64,000 nucleotides of DNA, taken from the NCBI GenBank assembly GCA_028534125.1, contig CM052817.1, forward strand, positions 53,260,001 through 53,324,000. The letters are read 5' to 3'. The position numbers and the translations under genes are program-made. This DNA comes from Lama glama (lineage: Eukaryota). The notes beneath the pieces are model-generated. The model did no database searches. It was not told where the DNA came from and saw only the letters and a list, made by a program, of their open reading frames with translations. This document shows positions 24,860 to 36,508 of the stretch, one piece after another. The number at the start of each line of letters is the position of its first letter. Within the stretch, counting starts at the first letter, position 1.

Positions 24860-27800
24860 GACTTCTGGTTTCTAAATTTACATGAAAAGAAAAAAAAAAA
24901 GGCTTCTGCTTAAAAGACACTACCCCATCCTAATGACAAAAGCTGAACAGAATAAAATATAAAACTTTTCTTGACTCTCTAAGAAAAGGGAAGACACAAG
25001 GCAAGCTGCACCCCAAGACTGCAGAAACAAACAGGTAAATACAGGGAGTTGCGACTTACCGGAGCAGAGACGCGCGCTCGGAAACTGCCGTCAGGACGGG
25101 TGCCGCGGTACGAAAACCTGAACTGTAAACGACTGATTGTTGCAGGCTTTTTGTGGATAATTCTGAGAGTCAGAATCTCCAGGAGGTCCCGGTCACGGGG
25201 CACACTTTGTGAGTTTTACCTCCAGGAGCTCAACCAGTTTCTCACAGTAAATAATGGAGAAAAATATCCTCACGCTTCCAAGAAGAGGAAAAGAGGAACC
25301 ATTTTTGAAACACAGCAGGACACTCTGTTCTTAAAAAGGCCTGCCCTCAGGTGAAACTAATGAACCGATCCCAGCCTGGGGCGATCATCAGAATCTCCTT
25401 GACCTGGGGAAGGGGAATACCGGACCCCAGCTGGCGCTAGCCTTCCACAGGGAGAAGGGGAACATCCAAGCCCAGCCCACTCTAGGCATCCTGTCCCACC
25501 TAAGGGGGAAGAAAAAATAATATGGGAAACTCCTGTGAAGTTCACAGCCCAGAGGAAGAGGCTCCTGGAAAGACTGCTACCTAATCATAGGACTTAGGAT
25601 GATTCTCTTCCCCCACACCAAAGCACCACATGACTAAATCCTAATTAACAACAGTTCCTTTATCATGTACAGCTGTCCAGGAAAGAACCCAAGGCATAAC
25701 AAAAGGCAAAAAACACAAGTAGAAATTACAGAGCAAACATCAGAACCAGCTGTGGCAGGGATGTGGGAATTATCAGGCCAGCATTTAAAACAACTATTCA
25801 TATGCTAAGGACTCAAATGGATAAAGTAGACAACATGCAAGAACAGATGAGCAATGTAAGCAGAGAGATGGAAATTCTGAGAAAAAAAGAATCAAAAAGA
25901 AATGGTAGAGATTAAAAAAACTGAAGTAGGCTTTTGATGGGCTTACTAGTAGATAGGACCCAGCTGAGGAACAAATGTTTGTGCTTTAAGAGATACTAAC
26001 AGAAACCTTAAAAACCAAAAAGTAGAGAGAATAAAGACTAAAGAAAATAGAATATTCAAGGACTTTGAGACAGCTACAAAAATTATAGCATACCTGTAAT
26101 GAGAACACCAAAAACAGAAGAAAGGAAAAAAGAAACAAAGCAAAGAAAACAAACTAGAATTCTGTACCTGAGAAATTACCCTTCAAAAGTAAAGGAGAAA
26201 AAGATTTTCTTAGACAAACAAAATTTAAGGGAGTTTGTTATCAGAGAAAAAGGAAAATAATATAGGTCAGAAACTTGGATTTACTTCAATTTACATAAAG
26301 GAAGGAAGAATATCAAAGAAGAAATAAGCAAAGGAAAAATACAAACTTTTATTTTTCTTATTCTTAACTGATCTAACAGATGACACTTTGTTTAAACTAA
26401 TAATATTATTTTGTTATTGTAAGTTACACTGCCTGTGAAGTGGTACAGTGTTATTTGAAAGCAAACATGAATTAATTATTAATTTATGGATGTATCTATA
26501 TTAATTTCAGACCTAGCAGAATTCGAAGCAAGGTAAACAGAGGTAACTGGAAAATCTCAAAATATTGGGATATTAAACAACACTCCTCTAAATGATACAG
26601 GGTCAAAGAAAAAACTTTAAAAGAGCTTTAAAAATATGTTGAATTAAGTGAAAATAGGAGAGGAAAGTTTGTAGCACTGAATAAATAGATTAGAAAAGAA
26701 GAAAGATCTAATATCAATTATTTAGTTCCCATCTTAGGAAACTAGAAAAAGAACAACAAATAAAATCCAAAGTTAAGCAGAAGAAAGGAAATAATAAGAG
26801 CAGAAATCAACAAAATTGAAAACAAGAATTCAGTAGAGAAAAATCAATGAAACAACTGGTTCTTTGGAAAGATCAATAAAATCAACAAGTCTCTAGCCAG
26901 GCTAACTAAATAAAAAAGAGAGAAGACGTACATTAATGAAAGACTAAAAGTGAATACTATGAACGATTTTATGCTCACAGATTTGATAACTTAGATGGAA
27001 TTAACAAATTCTTTGAAAGATACAATTTGTCAAAACTCACACAAGGCCTATATTAATTAAATCAATCAAATAAATAATTAGTAATTCTCCAAAACAGAAA
27101 GCATCAGGCCCAGATTGTTTTACTGATGAATTCTACAAAACATTTAAGGAAGAAATTATAGCAATTCTCTACAATCTTTTTCAGAGAGTAAAAGCAGAGG
27201 GAGTATTTCCTAATTTATTCTGTAAGGCCAATATTATCCTGATACCACAACTAGGCACAGACATTATAAAAAAGAGAAAACTACAGACCAATAACTCTCA
27301 CAAACATAAGTGTAAAATTTCTCAACAATAATTAATAGCCATGTATAAAAAGAATTACATATCACTAGGATTTATCCCAGGTATTCAAGGCTGGTTTCAA
27401 CATATAAAAATTATCTACATGCAAAAAAAAGAAAAAACTGAATCCAAACACAGATCTTTACATTATTCACAAAAATTAACTCAAAAAGGATCATTGACCT
27501 ATGTGTAATACACCAGACTATAAAATTCCTAGAAAATAACATAGAAGTAAACCTAGATGGCATTGGGTATGATGATGACTTTTTAGACACAACACAAATG
27601 ATGTAATCCATGGAAGACATAATTCATAAGGTGGACTACATTGAAATTAAAAACTTCTACTCTGTGAAAGATAACGTTAAGAGAATGAGAAGACAAGCTA
27701 CTGTTGTCCAAAATATACAAAGATCTCTTAACACTCAACAATGAAAAAACAAATCACTCAATTAAAAAATAGGCCAAAACTTTATACAGACACCCCAACA

Positions 27801-28761
27801 AAGATAATCAGATGACAGCCATATGAAAAGGTGCCCCACATCCTATGTCGTCAGGGAAATGCATATTAAAAGAACAACGAGATACAATTACACATCTCTT
27901 AGAGTGGCCAAAATCCAAAACACTGACAACACCAAATGCTGGGGAGCGTGTGGAACAACAAGAAGTCTCATATTTATTGCTGGTAGAAATGCAAAATGGT
28001 AGAGCCAATTTGGAAGATAGCGTGACAGTTTCTTAGAAAACGAAATATAGTCTTACCAACTGATCAAGCAGTCACACTCTTTGGTATTTACCCAAAAAAG
28101 CTGAAAACGTATGTTCACACAAAAATCTGCACATGGATGTTTATACCATAAATGCCAAAACTTGGAAGAAACCAAGATTTCCTTCAGTAGGTATGTGTAT
28201 AAGTAAAGCCTGATAGATTCATACAACAGAATATTAAAAAGAAATGAGCTATCAAGCCATGAAAAGACATGCAGGAAACTTAAATGCATATTATTAAGTG
28301 AAAGAAGCAGTCTGAAAATGGTTACACACTGATTTTAACTACATGACATTCTGGAAAAGGCAAAACTATGGAGACAGTAAAATAATCAGAGATTGCTAGA
28401 GGTTGGGGGTAGAAGGGATAAACAGTCAGAGCTCAGAGGATTTTTAGGGCAGTGGAAATATTCTGTATGATGTTATAATGATGAATATATATATATTTAT
28501 ACATTTGTCCAAACCCATAGAATGTGTAGCAGTAAGAATGAGCTGTCATGTAAACTGAACTTTGGATGATTATGATGTGTCATGCAGGTTCCTCAACTGT
28601 AACAAATGTACCACTATGGTGGGAGCTGCTGCTAACGCAGGAGACTATGCATGTGTGGAGTATATGAAGGTGTATGACACATCTCTGTAGCTTGCCCTCA
28701 GTTTTGCTGTGAATCTAAAACTGCTCCAAATAAATAATCTTTAAAATAAATAAATAAATAA
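24860..28761 (+). mobile_element. L1MC-type LINE retaining 5'UTR and 3'UTR, with large internal deletions (~3.9 kb)
   Basis: 5' end 'gacttctggtttct...aaagctgaacag'; ORF1 remnants ~25700-26330; ORF2 pieces ('gaaaagaagaaagatctaatatcaat', 'ggatttatcccaggtattcaaggctggtttcaacata', ORF 27845-28036). L1MC1/2-type 3'UTR 'aaactatggagacagtaaaa...catttgtccaaacccatagaatgt...ttttgctgtgaatctaaaactgctc' followed by an (AAAT)n tail. Confidence 0.88.
25050..25200. promoter_or_regulatory. CpG-dense segment in L1MC 5'UTR (candidate promoter)
   Basis: I count 12 CpG in 25052-25131 and 14 by 25200, against a strongly CpG-depleted background. Promoter function is inferred only. Confidence 0.4.
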
Positions 28762-28769
28762 GCCTGGAT

Positions 28770-29530
28770 TAACCAACAGAAATTCAATAATGTTTACTGC
28801 AAACTGAAAAAAAATACTGATAAAACCACATATGGTTGATGAAGTGGAGCAATTTTGTCTGTTTTTTTAATGCAGGTGAGAATGTGACTGAAAATCACTT
28901 TATGAAAGTTTATCAATATCCAGTAATGTGCAACTGTACACATCCTGTGGGCCCTCAATTCCACTCCTGGGTATTAACTAGTAGAAATGCATGCTATGTC
29001 ATCCAGGATACATACACAAGATTGTTGACAGCAGCATTGTTTATAATATTCCCAAACTGGAAGCCTTAAAAATATCCATTAAAAGTAGAAAAAATAAACA
29101 AAATGTATTTTATAAAGCAATGAAAATGAACATCTGTACACTTCTAGATAAAGTGGGGAATTCTTAAAAAGAAAATATGTGGAGTTAAAGAAACTGGCAT
29201 AAGACAAACGTTGAGTGTTTAATTCCCCCTTACACAAATTCTGAAACAAGCTAAATTATAATACTTAGAGACACACACCTATTTGGTATAACTATAAAGC
29301 AAGGAGTGATTACCATAAGTCAGGATAATGGTTACCCAAGGTGCAGGAAGGAGATTTTGATTTCAAAAGGCAATTAGTACCTTTGGCCATCTGAAAAAAT
29401 TCTATGGTGTCTACATAGGTGTTTGCACTGCATTATAGCAATCACATTTCATGTATTTTTATCTTTTTATTTCTTTCTTTCTTTTTTGGTGGGTAGGGCA
29501 CTTAGATATTTTTGTGTAGTGAACTGCCTT
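28770..29530 (+). mobile_element. Ancient L1M (L1ME-like) 3' part, continuation of the 23360-24775 element
   Basis: 'aaaatactgataaaaccacatatggttg...caattccactcctgggtatt...gcagcattgtttataatattcccaaactggaa...aagtcaggataatggttacc'. It resumes about where the left part stops. Confidence 0.7.
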
Positions 29531-29554
29531 ACACAGTAAAAATTTTGAAACAAA

Positions 29555-30090
29555 GTTAAATCATGCCTTTTCCCTACTGAAAGCCTACAGTGATTTTGAG
29601 TCTTATTTAGAGTTTAGCCCAAAGCTAAATGTGTATAAGGACTTCACTTATCTGGCCAGCATTCACTCTCTCTGATCTCATGTCCTATTTACTCATTCTC
29701 GCTCATTCTGCTGACCACACACTGGCCTCCTTGCTGTTGGCTGAACACCTAATTCCAATTTAGGACTTTTTTATTCACTTGTTCCTCTGCCTGGAACATT
29801 ATTTCCAAAGATATCCTCATGGATTCTCCCTCACTTCCTCTGGGTCTTTACTGAAATTTCACTTTCTCAATGAACAACCTATTTAAAGTTAAAGAGAGCC
29901 ATCCTGTTGAAACATCACATTTCTTCCTCCTTTTCTTTATATTTCTCCATATTTGTTATCACCATTTAGTTCAATATATGTCCCACTTATATGCAACTGT
30001 TTATTTATTTGTTTTCATCATCCACGTAAAAAATGGCTACATGATGCTAGGAACTTTCTATTAAATCAGAAAATGAATAATTGAATATAT
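29555..30090 (+). mobile_element. L2 3' region (L2a-like)
   Basis: 'ccacacactggcctccttgctgttggctgaacac...cttgttcctctgcctggaacatt...ctccctcacttcctctgggtctttactgaaat'. Confidence 0.85.
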
Positions 30091-31239
30091 GTATTATGAC
30101 TTTCTCATGACTTCAAAGAATTCTGCTTATCATGAACAGAGATTTGATGATCATCATACATTTATTTTCAAGTTCTACAACTTTGGCATGGCATATTTTT
30201 TAAAGTATTTTTATAAGGGATTATTTTATAATCAATACCTTATTTTATTTATTAGAATGTGAATTTAATTATTTGCTTCCCAAATCTAGACTCTCATTAA
30301 AAAACACAAGTTTATTGGAAGTAAAACCCTGGTATGGTCCTTTGAGAAAAAAAAAAAAATCAACCATGACATGATTGTGTTACTGTTCCACAGAAATATA
30401 GCATCTTGGCCCTTTACCGAAGGAAGGATTCCAGTAATCTGGTCTTCACCCAGAGAAGTCTATATTTAAACATAATGGGAATGCCGTATATGCAAAGAAA
30501 AATTATTAGTCATTTTGCAGATAGAAGGAAACTTGGCAGATTTCACCTGCTGAGGGAAACTTTGACAGCTTGACGTATTTTAATTGGCTGTCTATTCCAG
30601 GTATTGAAGTGAGCAAAAGAAAATAAAAGAATAAGAGGAAACTGGGAATAAGAGGCAAAGATATTCAAAGAAACGTTGAAGAAAAAAACTGGAATGATTG
30701 ATGTATGGAGATCTAAAAAAGTACAAATGAAATTATGAGAAAGCACTGAAAGATATGAGAATGCTATAATTTACAAGACTTAAAGGTTGACACGAATAAA
30801 TTGTGAACCAGAGTGTGAATATCAAAAGAGTCAATATATTTTGCTCAAAAGTATGTTTCAATAAAAATTTTAGTGTTAGAAAAAACCTAATTGAATCAGA
30901 GAGTACAGATTGGTGTGGCAGGAAAAATAATCAACATCTGTCACTTCTCTCCTTTTGGGGTGATATGTAAGAAAAACAATAGAAGCAGTAGAAAATTCCC
31001 TTAGGTGCCAAGTTACAAAAAAATCTGAAACCTGATATAAAAGTCAAATGGGCAAAAATATCAGTAGAGACATGGTCTAAAAGTGGCAATTTGAAAGCAC
31101 TATCTAGGTTAACATCCTGTGTCTTGGACAAGGTCTAACAAAAGATAAGGAAAGAAAACTTTGCCACTTTGAATCTGAATGCTTCTGAGTTGTGCCTTGA
31201 AGCGCCTTGGCTGATGTGAAATGAAAAAGATCAAAATAG

Positions 31240-31244
<5 letters not shown>

Positions 31245-31289
<45 letters not shown>
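31245..31289. repeat. (AC)22 microsatellite
   Basis: Perfect dinucleotide run. Confidence 0.99.
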
Positions 31290-31291
<2 letters not shown>

Positions 31292-31849
31292 GGGTTGCCA
31301 TATTTTATTACCTACTGAATTTTGTACTTTAAAAGATGGCAAATATACAGGAGATAATAATGAAAAAGTACTGGACTGTGAGAGTCAAAAATATGAAAAA
31401 GCAGTCCTCTCATAAAATTATATGGAAAAGTGTAATAAAATGAAAATAAAGGTAAAAATGTTGAACAATACCCAATATTAATTAAATTTATAAAATTCCT
31501 TGATGAGAACCATCATATTCATCAGATACACATACTATAAGTAAGATCATAAAACAAGGTACCTTAAAAAAATAACTAAAAAAATCCAAGTTAAATTTTA
31601 AAAATATTTAAAACCACTAAATCTGAATGTCATTAAAGTTTATAATGAGGCAATAATAAATAAGTGTAAGCCAGAAAGGCAGAAAATAATTACTGACTTA
31701 GTCTATGATAACATCCAAAGTTATGTTACAACTTTCACCCTATTGTTCTGAATAACAACTAATACAATTTGTCCATGTGCACCTTAGTACAAAATGTATT
31801 TTATAGTATATTTACATATTAATAAATATACTAATTTAAAATATTATTA

Positions 31850-32697
31850 CAGGTATACCTACTTTTGCTTCATTGTGCTTCCCAGACATTACATTTTTTC
31901 AAAAATTGAAGTTTTGTGGCAACCATGTGTCGAGCAAGTCCAACAGCACCATTTTTCCAACAGCATTTGCTCACTTCCTGTCTCTGTGTCACATTTCGTT
32001 AATTCTCATAATATTTCAAACTTTTCAATTATTATTAGATTTGTTATGATGATCTGTGATCAGTAACCTTTGGCATTATCACTGCAACTTACTTTGTATT
32101 ACCATTGTAATTACCATGGACTGTGCCCATATAAGACAGTGAACTTAATGGATTGTTGAAATGACAACAGAAGATTTAGTATATTACATAAACTCAGTTG
32201 ATAAAGCAGTTGCAGGACTTGAGAGGATTGATTCCAATCTGGAAAGAAGTTCTGTGGGTAAAATGCAATCAAACAGCATTGCATTCTACAGAGAAATCAT
32301 TCATGAAAGGAAGGGTCAATCGATACAACAAGCTTCATTGTTGTCTTATTTTAAGAAATTGTCACAGCCATCCCAACCTTCAGCAACCACCACCCTGATC
32401 AGTTAGCAGCCATCAGTATCCAGACAAGATCCTCCACCAGCAAAAAGCTTACAACTCACTGAAGGCTTAGATGGTGGTTAGCATTTTTAGCAACAAAGTA
32501 TTTCTTAACTAAGGTATGTACATCGATTTTTCAGCCATGATGCTATTGTACATTTAATAGGCAACAGTATAGTGTAAACATGAATTTTATAAGCACTAGG
32601 AAACCAAAAAATATTTATGTGACTCAATTGGGAAGTTCACTTTATCACTGTAGCCTAGAACCAAAACATGCAATATCTCCAAGTCAAGGTATGCCTT
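31850..32697 (+). mobile_element. Tigger1 DNA transposon, internally deleted (~850 bp)
   Basis: TA|CAGGTATACC start; Tigger1 5' text 'aaattgaagttttgtggcaaccatgtgtcgagcaagtc'. ORF 32161-32406 ([47 protein letters not shown]...[20 protein letters not shown]) matches the Tigger1 transposase C-terminus. 3' end 'caatatctcc...ggtatgcct'. Confidence 0.95.
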
Positions 32698-32949
32698 CAT
32701 AGTACACTACTACTAAGTATAAACAAACAAAAAAATCAATTATTTTTATGCCTTACTTATGGTTCTAAGAGGCAATGAGATATGTGCCATGGAACAGAAA
32801 AATCTGACATAGCAGTATGGAAGAAAAAATATATAAATTTATAATGAATTAAGAGCTTAGTAAGTCTCAGGAATGCTATTAAGCATGCTCCATATATTCT
32901 TTCACACAAACACCTCTAAAAAAAAAAGGTAAATTTATAAGTGCATTAA

Positions 32950-33300
32950 AGTGATGTCCCAAAAGAGAACTATGAAAACTCAGAAAAGGGAGCTATTTCT
33001 ATCTGGAGAAGTTTCTCCAAAAATGATCTCCTCTGATAACTTGCTTTAAAGGTTGGCCTTGACAAATAGGTAGGATTTAGATATACAGGGCAGAAGAATA
33101 CAAAATTCTATACTGGGTGCAATATTGTCAACAAAGATACAGAAATGGTCAAACAAGGGACACATATGAAAAGAGAGGAATGCAGGTGATGGGTAGCAGA
33201 TGTGTGTGGTGAGATGTATGAGAGAAAAGAACAGCTAGGCTGTTGCATGTTTGCCATATTCGATAACAATATGTAAGACCATGGAACTAAATTTCTTGAT
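32950..33300 (-). mobile_element. Degraded L2
   Basis: 'aactcagaaaagggagctatttct...ttggccttgacaaatagg taggatttagatatacaggg...tgtcaacaaagatacagaaatgg'-like text. Confidence 0.5.
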
Positions 33301-33604
33301 TTTTATTGCTATCATTATGATTGTACCTATTATTTTGAAATCTATGTCTTAATACAGAACTCATTAATATTCCCATTGCTAAAAAGTAATGTCAAAATAT
33401 AGATAATGCCCTCTAGTCATTACTTCTATGCACATTTGTTAAATTCTTAATTATAAGCAAAAGTAAACGTGTCATATGTGCTCTTTTACTATTTTTTCTT
33501 AGCCTTACAATTTTTGATAGAAATAAAACCCATTGGTTTTCAATAGAAAACAATGGCTTTTCTGAATATTCATACTAAGGATTCATTCTGCCAGTGATCT
33601 ATAG

Positions 33605-34020
33605 TGTACCTGCTCTAAGGTAACCCCAATGACTTATAATCCTTTCCCCTTGAGTGGTAACACAACTTCACTTGCTGCTAGCCAACAGAGCATGGCAAAG
33701 TTGAAGGGATTTTGCTGATGTAATTAGTCTTAAGTCACTTGATTTTGAGTTACTCAAAAAAGAGATTATCCTAGAGGGGACTAACTGAATCAGGTTAAAG
33801 CCCTTAAAAGAGGGACTGGTGCTCCCTGAAGTCAGAAACTGACTATCCTGTTGATCTCCAGGAAGCAAACCACCATGCATTCTACAACCACAGGAAGTAA
33901 ATTCTTCCAGCAATCTGAGGTAACCTGGAGGTGATTCTTCCCCAATGGAACCTCTGATGAAAATTCTATCTGGCTGAAACTTCTATTGCAACCTCACGAG
34001 ACTATAAGCAGAGGATCCTA
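33605..34020 (+). mobile_element. MaLR LTR (MLT1E/F-like), interrupted at its 3' side
   Basis: 'aatcctttccccttgagtg...ccaacagagcatggcaaagttgaagggattttgctgatgtaatta...gagattatcct...ctacaaccacaggaagtaaattcttccagcaatctgag...gcagaggatcc'. Confidence 0.85.
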
Positions 34021-34726
34021 CATACAAGATGTCCTCCTTGACTAAACTTCAGACAGATTTCTCTGAACCCTCTTCTCAACTAGACCTTGACCTTTAGACT
34101 CTCATGTCCATCTTTTCATTGCCCAATTCTAGCAAAAATCCTCACCCTTGTTATCTGCCTACCTTCAATATCTGGTTACCCTTGATATCTGGTTACCATG
34201 GAAAGGGGATGGGAAGGGATAAACTTCGGAGTTTGAGATTTGAAAATGTTAGCCACTATATATAAATATAGGTTTTAAAAAAACAAACAAGTTTCTTCTG
34301 TATAGCACAGGGAACTATATTCAATATCTCATATCTTGTAATAACCTTTAATGAAAATGAATATATATATATATATATACATGAGTGGAACATTGTGCTG
34401 TGCACCAGAAATTGACACATGGTAACTGGCTGTACTTCAATTAAAAAAAAATTCCTTAGCCCCCTACCCTTGGTATCTTATCATCCTGGCCTGTGTTCAG
34501 CAAGAATTCTGTCAAGTTGGTTTAGCCAGAATCCTTCCTTCTCCCTGATGTTTTCCATCTACTGACCCCTACCCTGATTCCTGGCTATAAATCCCCACTT
34601 GCCCATGCTGTATTCAGAATGGAGTCCATTTCTACCATAAGGTCTCTTTTCCCCTATTGTAACAGTCCTGAATAAAACCTGTTTTTGCTGCTTTAGCTAC
34701 TGTTTGGCTCTGGTTTTTCTTTACCA
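34021..34726 (+). mobile_element. ERV1-type solo LTR (MER31-like), split by an L1 fragment
   Basis: 'ctccttgactaaacttcagacag...ccctcttctcaactagacc...cccttgatatctgg' and after the L1 'cagcaagaattctgtcaagttggtttagccagaatcc...ggctataaatccccacttg...aataaa...tttctttacca'. TATA box and AATAAA are present. Confidence 0.75.
34191..34451 (+). mobile_element. 5'-truncated camelid-type L1 3' end
   Basis: Clearly homologous to the L1 3' end at ~46695-46950 ('gggataaa...ggagtttgagatttg.aaatgttagccact', 'ccagaaatt.acaca..gtaactg.ct.tacttcaatt' plus A tail). Confidence 0.92.
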
Positions 34727-36508
34727 CACCTAAAATTTTAAAATTTCTACATCTGAACACAAACTACCCCCTCAAAAAAAAAAAAAGAGTAAAGAATTTG
34801 CATGTGAGAAATAAATCCAAATCACGCTCTCCCAAGTGCATACTCATAGAATACTGGTTTCCTCAAAGCTTTTCTGTATTGTGGGGTTAGTAAGTACTTC
34901 CTTTCCTACTTGTTTTTAGAATCTTTTCAAAGTACTTAAAGAGTAAAAGAGTGTTAACAAAGCAAACAATTAAGTAGCAATCAAGAACATTTGCTTTACT
35001 CAAGATATTCTGACAATGAGGATATTCTGACAATGTGCCTATGGAAATTTGAGAATTGACTACAAAGATTTCTAGAGATAAATTCTAGTCTCTTTTTAAG
35101 GTACATAGGAATGATTCACAAAGCCTTTGTTCAGCCGTATTTTTTAAAGGACTGAGAGTGATAAAAAGCTCAAGTTTCTAATGCTGTTTTTCTTGACTTA
35201 TGTATATTGACTGATTTGGTTTAACCTGGAATGAACCACCAAGAGTTAAATATTTCATATGGAAGTATATTAACTCTAAGTGGCAAGGGACTTCAGGAGA
35301 ACAGTGAATAATAAGTAACAGCATTTCCCCTTTGTTAGCCTCTCATGTCTATGCTTACTATCACGCTGAGTAACCAAAGAAAATGTGTTTGTGTGAAGAA
35401 CCAAGATACTACAGAGGCAACTTCAGGCTAACTTCACAGCATCTCTTGCTGTGCCAGCCAGACAATTAAATCACCACATTCCCTTGGTGAGCTACCTGGA
35501 ACACAGCAGTGCCTAGAAAATGAAATTGAATTTATCTTGTTTTTAACTGTTTTCTCAGAACCACTTCAAGTGGAATTTTAAAGGATTGATTCTTAATGAT
35601 TGTTTGCTTACTCTGCTATTATATTTCATGTAAGTGGGTTTTTCCAATAATGGCATACAACATATTTCACTAAACTGAATAAATCTTAAATGGAAATACA
35701 ATTAAATAACTGCATTGATAAAACACTGAAAATAAAACAGAAAGTTTTAATGGCCACTTAAAAAAAGCAGCTGTGTAATATTAATTAGCTGCTGTGACTT
35801 CACAGTATGATGATATATTATGACTAAGATCAATGATACAGTGAAACCAAACAATAATGCTGAAATAATATTTGATTATAAAGTCAGAAGAAAGAGGTTA
35901 AACACAGAAAACTTATCCTGAATGCAGAAAAGGAATCTTATATATACTATTAACGCCACATCTTAAAGGATAGTAAACATTTAGCCCATAAAGAGCATCT
36001 TCCAAAATGAAAGCCGTCTGCCTTCCTTTTAAATTGGGTAAACCTAATGAATTATTCCAATAACAATGTAAAATCTCATCTACAGAGCTATTATAATAAT
36101 GATTTGAAATGGGTTATGGATTCTGCTTCTAAACTATTCATATTGCCTCATCTCTAATTCTTTTTAAAATTCAGTTGAATCATACCACACCAAAAAACTG
36201 TGTTTTAGTTAATATAAAAAACTAAAGATTAATATAATTGAATATTTTTATTATTTAGGAGACCATTTTTGTAACAAAGACATCTTTTTTCTATGTATTC
36301 TTATATTTACTGTATGTAGATTTGTCTACTATGTATTATATGAGGTTTAATTTATAAACTAAAATGTTTCTTTATAATAATATCCCAGCTGGTTATACTT
36401 CGGTGAAAATCTGTTAAATATCTTCCAAAATTCACAAAATTTACTTAAAAAAACTCTGATTTCTTTCGAATATTCATATTAGCAAGTTAAGATGTTAACT
36501 TTAGTTAT

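Noticed and set aside
24979..25354. Overlapping 74-aa and 101-aa ORFs in the GC-rich segment
   Set aside because: They lie in an L1 5'UTR where higher GC lowers stop frequency, and show no homology I recognise. I do not claim an ORF0-like protein.
31104..31415. ORFs with CVCVCV / THTHTH runs
   Set aside because: Translations of the (AC)n microsatellite.
7105..32697. Composite transposon bounded by the two Tigger1 copies
   Set aside because: Each copy has its own pair of ends and a different deletion; independent insertions are more parsimonious.
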